The notes under the pieces are model-generated. The model was not told where the DNA came from. It saw nothing but the letters and a program-made list of their open reading frames with translations, and did no database searches. A program made the translations under genes and the position numbers. Below are positions 17,301 through 27,100 of a stretch of 54,750 nucleotides of DNA, piece by piece. This DNA is from a virus. Its lineage: Duplodnaviria; Caudoviricetes. Numbering within the stretch: the first letter of the stretch is position 1; each line of letters begins with the position of its first letter. The stretch covers positions 1 to 54,750 of the IMG/VR virus record IMGVR_UViG_3300011113_000434. The stretch is one strand, 5' to 3'.

Positions 17301-19529
17301 GATCTTTTCCCAGACAGAGGCAAGAACTTTACTATTACCAGTATTCCAAGTGCAAATCAAATTGTAACTAATGTTGGCGTTTCTACAATAAACCATAATT
17401 ATGTTGGTGATGGATATGCATATGCTGTTAAGAGAACTGGTCCATATTCTGTAACAAGGGTACTAAGTAATACTCAATTTGAAACTAATGTTTATACTGT
17501 TGGATTTGCTCATACTTATGTAAGTGGTGGTGAAGTTTCTAAGTATTATAGTTTCCAACCAGGATCTGGTTATAGAGGAGAAATTGGAGTTGCTTTAAGT
17601 TCTCCAACTGGTAGTGGTGCAAACATTACAGCGTTTGCTGGAATTGGTGGAACCCTAGGATTTAAGATTAATTCTGCTGGATCTGGATACGGATTTGATA
17701 ATACCTACGTTACTATTCCTGAACCATCTTATGAGAATGTTCAAATTAAGGGGGTTTCAAGAGTTGGTATTGGATCCACAACTGAAACTGGAATTGGTCT
17801 GCTACTATCTCTTGAAGTTGGTGCAGCAGCAACAACTGGAATTGGATCAGATACTTGTGAAATTACAAACTTTAGAATTAGCAGACCTGGTTATGCATTC
17901 CAATTAGGAGATGTATTCACTGCTGTTGGATTAGTAACTGCTAAAAATCTAGTATCTCCTATTAATCAATTTGAGTTAACGGTTACTAATCTTTATTCTG
18001 ATTCATTTGCTGCTTGGCAATTTGGTGAACTAGACTTTATTGATTCTATTAAACCTCTACAGGATGGATCTAGAACGAGATTCCCACTACTTTATAATGG
18101 TCAACTTCTAAGTTTTGAAATTAATGCCAATGATCCAGATTCTTCTCAGATTGATCTTAATGCTGTTCTACTGATTTATATCAATGGTGTACCACAAACC
18201 CCAGGTGTAGCATATCAATTTGATGGAGGAACATCATTTACATTTACAACACCACCATCAGAAGAAGCCGATGTTGCTATTTTCTTCTACAGAGGAACAA
18301 GAAATAGTGATAGTATATTTGTAAATGTTAATGAAACTATTAAACCTGGAGATATTATTCAAATTGGTAAAAATAATGATATCAGAACTACTGTAGAACA
18401 ATATCCAAGAGTTGTATATGACATTAGTTCGGCTGATAAAGTGCAAACAAATCTATATGCAGATATTGGAATTGATGATACAAACTATAAACCAGTTAAT
18501 TGGAGAAAACAAAAAGTAGACCAAATTCTTGGTGGTGAATATGTCTATAAGACTAGAGATTCTTTAGAGTCTTCAGTATATCCAACTGGAAAGATTATTA
18601 AAAATCTCTCAGCAACAGATATAGATTTATTTGTTGATGATGCTAGATTCTTTAATTATGAAGAAAATGAATCTGTTATTGCAATTGGTGATTTTGATTT
18701 GATATTAACTAATACACCAGAAGATCCTGTTGCCGCTAGATTAACTGCAAATGTTTCTACCGCAGGAACAGTTAGCTCTTTAACCGTTGCTAACGGTGGA
18801 AGTGGATATAGTTCAGGAACTGCTACAGTTAAGATTGCTGCTCCAAAGAGCATTGGAATTGGAATTGGAACAACAGCAGTTGCAACCGTAACCGTGCTTA
18901 ATGGAACAATTGTAAGTGCAACCGTTACTAATGGTGGATTTGGATACTCACAATCAAAACCACCTGCGGTTATCGCTTCGGTTCAGAAAGCATATTATGA
19001 GAATATTACAAATGTAACCAGTGTTCTAGGATTCTCTGGAATTATAACTGGTATTACAACAACCTCAGGAACTGGTGGCCACCCATTAGCACTAAAACTG
19101 TTCTTAAATACAAGTACTTCATTTGCTTCACTATTAGATAATTATCCAATTTACGTTTTTGATACTGCTGTTGGAAGAGGTGTAACTTCTGTAGATGGTG
19201 GAAATAATTCTGTGGTTGGTGTTGGAACAACTTTTGCAGACAATATTTACTATGTACACTCAATAACACGTTATGGCGTAAATGCAGAAATTATTACAAA
19301 TATTCACAGTGGAACATCTGTTGTTGGACTGGCGACAACAGGAAGTACTACAAACCCTGTTGGTAAATTCTCTTGGGGTAAATTTGGTGGATTCACTAGA
19401 GGATCTACTGCAGTTTCAATTGGTATAACTGGATTAACAGTCAGTTCTGGATTATCAACATTCCCAACTGTCCAAAGAAGAGGATATGGATTGAGAGATC
19501 ATGGTGGATTGAGAAAAATTCTTGTTTAA
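5358..19529 (+). CDS. g7: Giant baseplate wedge protein (gp7-like, 4723 aa) with many inserted beta-rich repeats
   Basis: Lies between g6 and g8. Carries QLPEF, FY..KGTEESF.ILF..LYG and DNDYYQ.LSY.VKS..LLH..G.K.F motifs typical of cyanophage gp7. Confidence 0.85.
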   Translation: MISTGFDARVKINQIIESQLPEFLLSESPKSIEFFKQYYISQEFTGGSYDIAENLDQYLKLDNLTPEVITASTSLSSNITSNSGVVTVTSTKGFPSEYGLLKIDDEIITYTGLTTNTFTGCIRGFSGISSYHSETNPEELVFSSTDAASHSSGSTVENLSVAFLKEFYKKLKYSLTPGLEDEDFVPDLNVGNFIREARSFYQAKGTEESFRILFNVLYGYTPKVINLDNLLLRPSSAAFLRREVIIAEKISGNPNNLIGQTIYKSTDLKTKASVSNVEILTRGQKTYYRLDLFVGFSDADVVEGNFTISPKSRVIDSVSIGSSVITVDSTIGFDQSGTVICGNNTITYLDKTINQFLGCSGVDFAISPATDIRSDEVYYGYEDGDINAKSEIRITGVLSDFTELNNIEEVIVGEKILVKNLGESISNPDSANQSYKQLFANSWIYNTSSRFNILNISGSTFTLGTEIDDSSLKVGDHVDILIRNTQTIVVSDAIVANINKSNKQIILNNIISFSPVSSIDYDIRRKINKASSNAAEIEYGNNQIVSDVQNVYNELDEYFYVASNSLPSYPIEIEFTEASISDAIGGGSLQGLDVNTETYSIISFAQAVPFITGDEVVYSSQNSDIPGLVSGSTYFVKVLPLTNQIKLYASRSFIEIDDYVMFYETLIAGSHTFTLSSQKNRKVFPQKLLRKFPLSQNIKNGSNEKTNTGSIGLLVNGVEIINYKSDEKVYYGPIDNIKVFNQGENYDVINPPTIEVAAPSSGVQALIRPVVSGIVTDVVVDPQDFDIADVTSVTITGGNGSGCQLQPILEDRYRTVSFDARVTTQSGGVDINQETITFLTNHNFKNGEPIVYSNNGNQNLGVATYFGGNFDQSRYLVNGGTYYAKLFSNNTIRLHPTLTDFISGINTVGFSTINAVGIHKFRTFNSRKTLRAIKVLNSGSGYENRKLYAKPSAVSLSQDWISFDNHNFKDGDLVTYSTTGSAISGLSTSNQYYVIKYDSDTFRLANAGIGGTISSNYARGSYVKLNSQGSGYHIFSYPEISLNVNVSFASSTAGIITATPVIRGKIVDAYLYENGSGYGSKTINLHKKPQISIKTGTGAELKAFVVNGIIVSVQVLAAGSNYNAAPDLVVNGEGIGAVLRAKVSGGSITDVIVINGGSNYVQNTTSVSVQPPGKNAFIDISVRSLTINYANRFGKETLLPSENNVGYGWIGYSTSIALDQFSDDGANHSPIIGWAYDGNPIYGPYGYSDPEDSASTIKLLKTGYTLNPSIITNRPSGFSPGFFVEDYIYDDSGDLDYHNGRYTKTPEFPNGVYAYFTGISTNVATNELDPSFPYFIGDTYRSTVIQDNFLNLNQTFDFNSSNLIRNTYPYKVNQDYADNDFIIESNEVTNQSLIVESTTKGSINSYEILEAGDGYAMGESAVFDNSGTNGGGLSAEVSSLKGKTIANIQTQTQIYNNVVFTWKDKTSVEATVSPYHTLLDQENVSISGLSTYVPKLTGSHSVGVSTESIVVFKEIPANSVSGLVTDIYVSRVSNTISIGSTLGIGTEFMSVLNIFKDQNVLRVKRGVTGTAHTDRTRIDILANKLTVPISINHFDGYLNDKFYFNPKYSIGIGRTDGISSLVKVSIGETSQDVSVLSRSIYAPNHPFKNNQRVVLSIPPGSSPISVANTSGGAAFTIPYTGVSTQTLYVVNKSPNSIGLVTEFSTTSYIVSFGSTLAVTNAEYSNVTGILTVTTSTPHSFSPGFSLASLSSLVFGQVSPNDAYTTTQYTLWADVLFDKEDEIFIVNTPSGLLPTGTFAVLSTPNVNTFTVNVGTSLTAFGYSYGGSVLGFTSFTVYNSDGLYFLNNGSDNYEYLLRSDYTEVTGKIEKNKTVVSISTDHGLKNGDNITLTVKPNLTVGIGTSSFVKVKINSTEGKILINPIGFGSVGISTFSGVINIPSHGYATGDKVFYNASDEIASGLTTSSYYVYRIDNDNIKLSESYKDVISNPPTTISIASTGGKNQELSLINPPISAIKGNNLKFDLSDSSLVGYKLKIYYDVDLANEFISIGGSSFTVANYGTVGVTTNAALIIEYSDTIPSKLFYALEKSGYISTSDKEVVNSSQISFVDSLYNGSYKIVGVGSTTFELSLAQKPERSQYTINECRELKYTTTSLNARGGVDKMKIVFGGFGYKRLPLFQYINSDTGINANINILSDNIGNIKDIRILDQGFEYASDKTLRPEALISPLLTLVDNTEITSVEVLDGGKNYTSAPNIVIYNPSTDEIVNSGYLKANTYSNSVSNVEIIDVPKGLNAVVHELYAVDNTNGVGINTIISGPGVVTCFLSTPAIGFSTAPFAVGDVIFVEGIQNNTSQGDGFNSIDHNFTFFTVNKFVNTVPARLEYDISVATNNPGLAKTDQFSFANIVKKSDLPRFRITQAESKFKLGETIAVKNSNGSFTIQDLIVTDFRSNKIKILGEYELVTGDIIKGQISGSIAEIENTSPNKGRFETDYSLRKDFGWSDDVGKLNEDYQVIPDNDYYQNLSYTVKSPLEYEELITPVNRLLHSTGMKNFADTQVSTSSTLSIQSEDVTSLALIDIINEESVEEIKNLDLGLDVDVLVDGSQKSKFFKFKNRKLADYIECRTNRVLLIDDISTQFSNSNLNEGGYADIYNYSETYARFLVQIKDTNERFMQLSELIVLYTDSEVLIEGIKDAKTFTLEKGSLYNKANPIGNLDGNIDQFDNLTLRFTPQSTFIDDYDIKILVNKFNTTVGGGSSINNYGAVSLNSRSKQVGSGTSETIIEFDSTKVDGFHGTIHVLDLENNEMNFYEVYSYTDRTDVYMSEYYFDNQKATTSASTNVLGTFTSYLSGGVLKLDFDNNKTLTNKLVRARIVGFGSTALGIGTYRFALPGQPQERSARYDSSVVHTVGASSTTVVGVASDIISSVKSYVRVSAGNTSALHQVMMMHDGREIYVLQYPFLSIGSTTGIGTFGGQFVSDLVRLNFYPDSNITGVVTITSFNEKLYAFADRQNKAPDFVYGPETDSLVLSEYNGTQGDRINRLDFTASYQGYPIFSKSFDPGDSAQLNLATGIFTIKNHFFQTNEKLNYQSASTFVGVNPVSVGIGSTLVGGVTFTGDFISGFSTITGVSTSTGLLVGQTVIGPGVQNNTTIVSIGQTFRWFRGNVSTGSTVITGIANTAIMVVGSGIFSGNGTNLGTLISIGINSISASTTLPVGTGVTYYINALGIGVSLSKVSTATTFRQTYTSGIVTTICPSTVYAIKLDNDRFKLTGTQGSGIAFTFTSAGSGNAHKLTMDKRLEKSLICIDNVNQYPLAFTPISYKLANNSGQIGAANTVFGISGISSIRVNDVLKVDNEFMKILSFGYGSSTTGPISGIGTFLLMSVERGFSGTIATAHLDNADARIYRGAYNIEESTIYFTAAPLGSGVNVLDSSNLKRPVSKFDGRVYLRKDYTTNKIYDDISDSFTGIAQTFRLRNQGNSTTGVEAGSGVVFVNEMFQTPTTGNNAGNNYALQENSGNTNVIFTGITSSDGSIVKSLVDVNQNQLPRGGIIISLGSTPGLGYAPLKGAQVGIITGPSGQITNIVSVATTGSYSSMTGFSYNQVTGVATVSTAASHGLLVNDQISFRNIKLECPDGYAGLGTVGISSLFYSNVTGFMTVTTSSPHKLATGMNIRLRNLRFDCPIGVGGTIGIVTAQYSKATGVLTVTTNYAHGLGIGGTVQLRELQFSCTGPSGITTTIFPDGTRGYFFPVNNVGSTTSFTTNVGTSTITHNYQRGGYVRVGVTTDLFPDGSRGYIFTVASIVGPNTFGVNVGTSTIRHNYINGGTIESGITTNIFPDSRGVPFSISNFQYHKTTGVSTITFNSNHNFKLSDTIKIVNARFDCPIAAGTTIGITSAQYSKTTGILTVTTATPHGLGVGGTTRIFAMNFSCPPGSSGITTTVFPDGTRGYFFPVNLVGFPTQFTTNVGTSTITHNYVNGGYIQIGITTDLFPDRGKNFTITSIPSANQIVTNVGVSTINHNYVGDGYAYAVKRTGPYSVTRVLSNTQFETNVYTVGFAHTYVSGGEVSKYYSFQPGSGYRGEIGVALSSPTGSGANITAFAGIGGTLGFKINSAGSGYGFDNTYVTIPEPSYENVQIKGVSRVGIGSTTETGIGLLLSLEVGAAATTGIGSDTCEITNFRISRPGYAFQLGDVFTAVGLVTAKNLVSPINQFELTVTNLYSDSFAAWQFGELDFIDSIKPLQDGSRTRFPLLYNGQLLSFEINANDPDSSQIDLNAVLLIYINGVPQTPGVAYQFDGGTSFTFTTPPSEEADVAIFFYRGTRNSDSIFVNVNETIKPGDIIQIGKNNDIRTTVEQYPRVVYDISSADKVQTNLYADIGIDDTNYKPVNWRKQKVDQILGGEYVYKTRDSLESSVYPTGKIIKNLSATDIDLFVDDARFFNYEENESVIAIGDFDLILTNTPEDPVAARLTANVSTAGTVSSLTVANGGSGYSSGTATVKIAAPKSIGIGIGTTAVATVTVLNGTIVSATVTNGGFGYSQSKPPAVIASVQKAYYENITNVTSVLGFSGIITGITTTSGTGGHPLALKLFLNTSTSFASLLDNYPIYVFDTAVGRGVTSVDGGNNSVVGVGTTFADNIYYVHSITRYGVNAEIITNIHSGTSVVGLATTGSTTNPVGKFSWGKFGGFTRGSTAVSIGITGLTVSSGLSTFPTVQRRGYGLRDHGGLRKILV
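16100..17540 (+). repeat. Tandem protein-domain repeats inside gp7
   Basis: Repeated Y...TG..TVTT...H.L, F.CP and GITT..FPD..RG..F.V..VG...F..NVGTSTI.HNY..GG units. A 39-nt exact repeat occurs at 16557-16595 and 17163-17201. Confidence 0.85.
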
Positions 19530-19535
19530 TACAAG

Positions 19536-19543
19536 CATAAATA
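19536..19543 (+). promoter_or_regulatory. T4-type late promoter
   Basis: CATAAATA between g7 and g8. Confidence 0.7.
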
Positions 19544-19561
19544 TAGAAAAAAGACAATAAT

Positions 19562-21115
19562 ATGGCCGCAATTGTCACCGACCAGTTCAGGATACTAAAC
19601 GCTAGTAATTTTATTGATTCAGTTGCTGACTCAAATAACTCATATTATGTTTTTGTTGGATTGCCAAATCCGACTCAAGTTGGATTTGGTAGAACTAGTG
19701 ATTGGAATTCTAACGTTTTAGATCCTGTAGATAATATAAATTATAACAACCATTCTTCCGATACAATGCTATTCGGAAAAAAGGTAACTATTTCGAACGT
19801 AAAAAGATTAGTTAGAAGAGTAGATTGGACTCAAGGAACAAGATACGAAATGTATCGCCATGATTACAGTATCAATACACCTTCTCCAGTTACTCAGTCA
19901 TCTAGATTATATGATGCAAATTATTATGTTTTGAATGCAGATTATAGAGTTTATATTTGTATTGACAACGGTTCTTCGGGAATCAATACAGCAGGTAATG
20001 CATCTCAAGATGAACCAACTTTTACAGATTTAGAACCATCAAAAGCTGGTGAAAGTGGTGATGGTTACATTTGGAAATATTTGTTTACTGTTTCTCCTAG
20101 TGACATCATTAAGTTTGATTCAACTGATTATATTTGTGTCCCTAATGATTGGTCTATTTCTACAGATGCTCAAGTTCAAGCGATCAGAGATAATGGGGAT
20201 TCATCTATAAATGAGAATCAGATTAAAAAAGTTTATATTGAACGGCAAGGTGAAAATTATTCCAGTGGATTAGGACAAGAAGTAAATATTGTTGGTGATG
20301 GAACTGGTGCGAAGGTTGTTTTGGATGTAGTTAGTGGAAAAATTACAAATGCTGTAGTTTCTTCTGGTGGGAAAGGATACACATATGGCATGGTTGATCT
20401 CGGAACATTGAATGCTAATGTTATTCCAGCAAAAGCGGCAAAATTAATTCCTATTATACCACCATCTAAAGGTCATGGTTATGATTTATATAAAGAATTA
20501 GGAACTGATAGAATTCTCGTTTATGCTAGATTTGATGATTCTACCAAAGATTTTCCAATTGATACAAAATTTGCTCAAATTGGTTTAGTCAAGAATCCGA
20601 CTTCAATTGGTTCAACAACACTCTACACTGAAAATCAATTTTCATCATTATACGCACTTAAATTTAGTTCAACTAGTGGCACCTTAAGTGTTGGAGATAA
20701 AATTAGCCAACCAGTGACTGGTGGAATAGCAAATGGTTACGTTGCATCATATGATACTGAGACTAAGGTAGTTAAATATATTAGAGATAGATCTTTATTC
20801 TTCAATCAAACATCTTTAGATCAAAGTGATTACGTTGGTGTAACCACTAGTGCTAAAGTTTTTAATTTTGAATCTTCATCAACAATTGTTACATCTAATG
20901 CTGGATTCTCTGGATCTATTGATTTGAATTTTACTGGTATTACAACAAATCCAACAGGAAATAAAGTTATTAACTTAGGAGTTGTTTTCACTGGTGGGGT
21001 GGCACAACCAGAAATAAATAAAACATCTGGTGACATAATTTACTTGGACAATCGTCCGTTGATTTCAAGAAACTCTAGACAAAAAGAAGACGTTAAAATT
21101 ATCCTGGAATTTTAA
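19562..21115 (+). CDS. g8: Baseplate wedge subunit gp8
   Basis: MAAIVTDQFR start, YRVYICIDN, GDGYIWKYLF and C-terminal SGDIIYLDNR..I.R...QKEDVKIILEF. Confidence 0.93.
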   Translation: MAAIVTDQFRILNASNFIDSVADSNNSYYVFVGLPNPTQVGFGRTSDWNSNVLDPVDNINYNNHSSDTMLFGKKVTISNVKRLVRRVDWTQGTRYEMYRHDYSINTPSPVTQSSRLYDANYYVLNADYRVYICIDNGSSGINTAGNASQDEPTFTDLEPSKAGESGDGYIWKYLFTVSPSDIIKFDSTDYICVPNDWSISTDAQVQAIRDNGDSSINENQIKKVYIERQGENYSSGLGQEVNIVGDGTGAKVVLDVVSGKITNAVVSSGGKGYTYGMVDLGTLNANVIPAKAAKLIPIIPPSKGHGYDLYKELGTDRILVYARFDDSTKDFPIDTKFAQIGLVKNPTSIGSTTLYTENQFSSLYALKFSSTSGTLSVGDKISQPVTGGIANGYVASYDTETKVVKYIRDRSLFFNQTSLDQSDYVGVTTSAKVFNFESSSTIVTSNAGFSGSIDLNFTGITTNPTGNKVINLGVVFTGGVAQPEINKTSGDIIYLDNRPLISRNSRQKEDVKIILEF

Positions 21116-21118
21116 AAA

Positions 21119-24100
21119 ATGCCACAGAAAACGAATCTTAATATTAATCCTTATTATGATGATTTTGATAAGTATAATAATTTCTATAGGGTATTATTTA
21201 AACCAGGATACCCTGTTCAAGCTAGAGAATTAACAACTTTACAATCGATCCTTCAAAATCAGGTTGAGTCTTTTGGTAGTCATATTTTTAAAGAAGGATC
21301 AATGGTTATCCCTGGTGGGATTACCTATGATCTAAATTATTATGCAATCAAAATTAATCCTGATCATTTAGGTATTGATATTGCTCTTTATATTGATCAA
21401 TTAGTTGGATTAACTTTGGAAGGACAAACTTCTGGGGTTACTGCTACGGTTCTTGGATATCTTATCCCACCAGATGAGGGAGTAGAAACCCCAACCTTAT
21501 TTGTAAAATATAAAAATTCAAACAACGATGCTGAGTTTGATACTTTTAATGATAAAGAAGTATTAATAACTCAATCCACTATAACATATGGAAATACGTT
21601 AATAAACTCTGGAGAAACTGTAGCAACGGTATATCCTCTTAATGCGTCTGCTATTGGTTCAAGAGTTAATTTAGCAGCTGGAGTTTATTTTATTAGAGGA
21701 ACTTTTGTAGATGTTCAAAGTTCCACTGTGGTTTTAGATCCATATGAAAATACACCATCATATAGAGTTGGTCTAACAATCTTAGAAGAAATCGTCACAT
21801 CCTCAGATGACTCTTCATTATACGATAATGCAAAGGGATTTTCTAACTATGCTGCTCCAGGTGCAGATAGACTTAAAATCAGTGCAATTTTATCAAAAAA
21901 ATCTCTAACAGATTTTGATGATAAGAGTTTTGTTGAATTGTTGAGAATAGATAATGGCGAAGTTAAAAAATTACAAGATAAGAGTCAATATTCTATAATT
22001 AAAGATTATTTTGCAAAAAGAACTTTTGAAGAGTCTGGTGATTACTCAATAGGTAACTTTAAAGTTGAAGTAACAAACTCTCTAAATGATAGAATTTCAA
22101 GCAATGGAATTTATCTAGACGATCAAAAAACAGATTCTGGAAACACACCATCAGACGATTTGATGTGTGTTAAAGTATCATCTGGAAAAGCATATGTAAG
22201 AGGATTTGATATTGATAAAGTCAGTACAACTGTTTTAGATGTAGAAAAACCAAGAGATACAAGTACTGTTTCTTCTGCATTAGTTCCTTTTGAGCTAGGA
22301 AGTTTAGTAAGAGTTAATAATGTTTATGGAACTCCTTTTGTTGGAATTAATAATAATAGTAGCATAGTTTATTTACAAAATAGAAGAAAAGAAACAAATA
22401 CAGTTGGAAGTGGACTAACAATTGGACAAGCAAGAGTATATACTTACAATTTAACAGAATCACCATATAGTCAACCTTCTACACAGTGGGACTTATATCT
22501 CTTTGATATCCAAACTTATACTGTTATCACTCTTAACACCTCATTAACGCCTCAACAATGCCCACAATCCTCTTACATTAGAGGTGTAAGCAGTGGAGCA
22601 TCTGGATATGTTGCAGATTCAAATACAGGCGCAACAGTGACTCTTTTACAAACTGCTGGATCATTTATTGCAGGTGAACAAATATTAATCAATGAATCTT
22701 CCGAATTCAGTAGATCTATCCAAAGTGTAAAGGCTTATAATGCTGATGATATTAAATCAGTATATCAAAATAGTACTTCAATTACCACAAAACTAAAAAC
22801 TGCATTTACTGCAGATTTAGTATTACAAAAGTCTGTTCCACCAGGTTTTAATGCAACTGATGCTATTTTTATTGATAACACTGGAATTGCAACTTGTGCT
22901 GGCAAGTCTTTCTTAGGAATCAGAAGTGATGCTATCATTCGTTATCAGCGTCCAGGAATTGCAACAGAAACATATAGTAGAGTTCAATATGTTTCATCTG
23001 ATGGATTTACAATGAAACTAACTGGTATTACCAGTGTTGCTAATGTTTGTAATGGTGACCTTCCGATAGGAATTACAAGCACATTTAATGGACCATTTAA
23101 AATTGGTGTTCCAAAGATAAAACAAAATGATGAAGCATCTCTCTATGCTAGACTTACAAGTCAAAATATTGCATCAGTAAATTTAGGAAATTCTAATATT
23201 TTAATTAATAGTCAACTCACTGAACAATCAACATCCGCTGCTGGATCTTTGGTTGTTAATGTAAGCACAACTGGAATTAGTAGTGCATTTTTTGAAGCAT
23301 TTGATTATGACAGATATTCTGTTATTTACAGTGATGGGACTATAGAATCTTTAAGATCAGATCAAGTTGTTTTTGATCTTAATTCAACACAACTTACAAT
23401 TAACGGATTAAGAGCAAGTCAGACTAATAATGTTACTGTTAATACTACTGTAAGAAAAATTTCAGTTACAAATAAAGTAAAACAATTTTTAAGAAGTCAA
23501 AAACTTGATGTAACTAGAACTGTATCTGCAGCAACAGCAACTCTCTCTGGTTTATCAACAAGTCCATATTATGGAGTAAGAGTTGAAGACAGAGAAATTT
23601 CACTTAATGTTCCTGATGTTGTAAACGTTATTGCAGTTTATGAATCACTAAATCAAAATGCACCAATACTTGACAAATTGTCATTTGTTTCTGGATTGAA
23701 TTTGGATACTGCAACAATTTTAGGTGAGCAGATTGTTGGAAGTACAAGTGGAGCTATTGCACAATTAGCAACAAAAGTTCCTGGAGTTAATGGAACTCAA
23801 GTTGAATTTGTTTATTTAAATGACTCTAAATTCCAAGTTGGTGAGTTAGCAACATTTAAGGAATCTAATATTAGTGCAAATATTCAAACAATAACTCAAG
23901 GTACATATCTTGACATATCCGACAGATATGATTTGGATAAAGGGCAAAAAGAACAATATTATGATTACTCAAAGTTGGTAAGAAAATTAGGATCGGCAGA
24001 TCCAAAGAGAAGACTTTTAGTAATCTATAACAGATATGATGTTCCAGCTAGTGATACTGGTGACGTATTTACTGTAAATTCTTATCCATCAGAAAGATTT

Positions 24101-27100
24101 ACTAGTGATATTCCATTCGTAATGAATGGGTCTGTAAGATCTTCCGATACTCTTGATTTTAGACCAAGAGTAGCAGACTTTACTACATATCTTTATTCTC
24201 CATTTGCATTTACTTCAAGACTGTTTGGCAATTCTACTTCAAATACAACTCCAGTTTTAACCCCAAATGAAAGTACTTTAATAGGATATTCTTATTATCT
24301 TCCAAGAATTGATAAGATTGTTTTAAACAAAGAAGGAGACTTTACTTACTTAAAAGGTTCTTCATCTTTAAATCCAAAAGCACCTCTGAATGCTGAAGAG
24401 GCAATGGAAATTGCAACGGTAACTCTACCAGCTTATCTTTATAATCCAAAAGATGCTTCAATTTCTCTTGTAGACAATAGAAGATATACTATGAGAGATA
24501 TTGGAAAACTTGAAGATAGAATTGAAACTCTTGAAAAAGTAACTTCTCTTTCTCTTCTTGAAGTAGATACCAAAACCTTACAGATTCAAGATTCTGATGG
24601 TCTAACTAGATTTAAGTCTGGATTTTTTGTTGATGACTTTAAAAATAATGATTTGATTGATAAAACTGCAAAGGCAGATATCAATGTAAATAATGGGGAA
24701 TTGGTTGTTCCAACTGATCGATATTCACTAAAAGCGGAGATTGCTCTTAATTCTAGTTTAAATCAGTCAACTTCAGATTTTAGTACAGATTTAGCACTTT
24801 TAGATCCAAATGTTAGAAAAACTGGAGATTTAATTACTTTAAACTATCAAGAAAAAGGATGGATTGAACAACCACTGGCATCAAGAGTTGAAAATGTCAA
24901 TCCATTTAATATGGTTGAATTCAACGGAAATGTATTTTTACGTCCAGCATCAGATAGTTGGGTAAGAAATGTTTATGTACCAGGTTTTACAAGGCATGTA
25001 ACTGGTGGAGGTGACTATGAATATATCGAAAATATTAAAATTGCTACTGCTCCAGAAGAATGGATGAGATCAAGGAACGTTGAATTCCTTGCAGGTGGTC
25101 TGAAGCCATTAACAACTTACTACACATTCCTAGACAGTGTTAGTGGAATTGATGTAATTCCAAAAATTCTAGAAATTCAAATGATCTCTGGAGTATTCCA
25201 AATTGGAGAAGATGTTGAAGGATTTGTTGGCGGTAAAAAAATCATTACATTTAGAGCAACAAAACCAAACCATAAAACTGGACAATATGATAATCCTTCC
25301 AGATCTTATCAAATCAATCCATATGGTGGTGGAACATCGAGCACTCAACAAACGCTACCAGATACTTATTCTGCATCATCAACGGCACTGACAATTGATA
25401 CTGCGGCACTTGCAGCAGAAGCTCAAGGTAAATACTCTGGATATGTTGTTAAAGATGCGGTATTAGTCGGTAAAACAAGTCAAGCTCAAGCAAGAATTAC
25501 TAATGTCAGACTAAAATCTGATAATTGGGGAGACCTTCTTGGATGCTTCTTCCTTAGAGATCCTCTAACAACACCACCACCAACTATCAGAATAGGAACT
25601 GGAGTTAAAACATTTAAAGTTACTTCGAGTTCAACTAATGCAACTCCTCTGCCAGGAAGTCTATTAATTAGTAGTGCAGAAACAAACTATACATCGACAG
25701 GCATTGTTGATACCTATAGACAAGATACGGTTGTTGTTAGAAGACCACCACCACCCCCACCAAGAAGAGGAAAAGATCCTCTTGCACAATCATTTACTGT
25801 TGATGAAACAGGAGCATTCTTAACATCTGTTGATTTATTCTTTGCAAGTAAAGATGAATCTGAGAAGTGTTATGTTGAAGTTAGAACAGTTGAACTAGGA
25901 ACACCAACTAATAATCTAGTTCAAGATTTTGCAACACAAGTTTTAGAACCAAGTCAAGTTGCCATTTCAACCAATGCAACCGTTGCTACTAGAGTAACTT
26001 TCCCATCTCCTGTTTATCTGGAACCAAGAAAAGAATATGCAATTGTTGTTCTCGCACCATCTTCAAATAATTATGAGCTTTGGATTGCAAGAATGGGAGA
26101 AAAAACAGTTAATTCTCAATTCTTACCAGATGCAGAAAGTGTAATTGTTACCAAACAATATACTGGTGGTTCATTGTTCAAATCTCAAAATGGAACGATT
26201 TGGACAGCAAATCAATTTGAAGATATGAAGTTCAAGTTATATAAAGCTAACTTTACTTCTAATGATGGAACTGCTTATTTCTATAATCCAGAATTAGGAT
26301 CAGATGATAACAATGTTCCAACACTTCTTCCAAATTCAATTAAAACTTTACCAAGAAAATTAAAAGTTGGAATCACAACTACCGTTGGCAATATTCTAAG
26401 TAATGTTCTTGTTCCTGGTGTTAAGGTAAGTTCTGGAACACAACCAGGACCTGTTGGATATATTGAAAAAATTGGAGGAAATATTAGTGGAACACCAGTA
26501 ATTACCAATGCTGGTATTGGATATAGTAGTTCTGGTACATTTAATAATGTTCCACTGTATAATATCCTTGGATCTGGTAGTGGAGCGACTGCAAATATTG
26601 TTTTTGCAGGTAATAAAGTAAGTTCTGTTGCAATCGCAAGTACTGGTAGTGGATATGTAGTTGGTGATGTTCTTGGTATCACAACTAGTGCTGTAGTCAA
26701 AGGAACAAATGCTAGATTAACAGTTTCTTCAATTCAAGGTATTGATACTCTTTATCTGAATAATGTTCAAGGAGAAACCTTTACATCAGGAGATGCTCTA
26801 GTTTACTATACAGGTGATACTGCAACATCATTGGCAAGTACAACAATTAGAGGAACAACATCATTGATTAATGAATTAAATGATGGAAGAACTTTTGAAG
26901 TTTCCCAATACAATCACTCAATGCATTCTCCAAATAATGTCGTTGAAATAAAGAATGTAGAACCAAATACTGTCCCAACAACTCTAACATTAGCAGCTTC
27001 ATCTTCAGAAACTACAATCTCTGTTGCAAGCACAATAGGATTTAATAATTTTGAAGGAATAAGCACCAGCCAAGGATATATTAAGATTAACAATGAAATA

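Noticed and set aside
19521-19535. CTTGT-TTAAT-ACAAG hairpin at the g7 stop
   Set aside because: A five-bp AT-rich stem with no U-tract is too weak to call.
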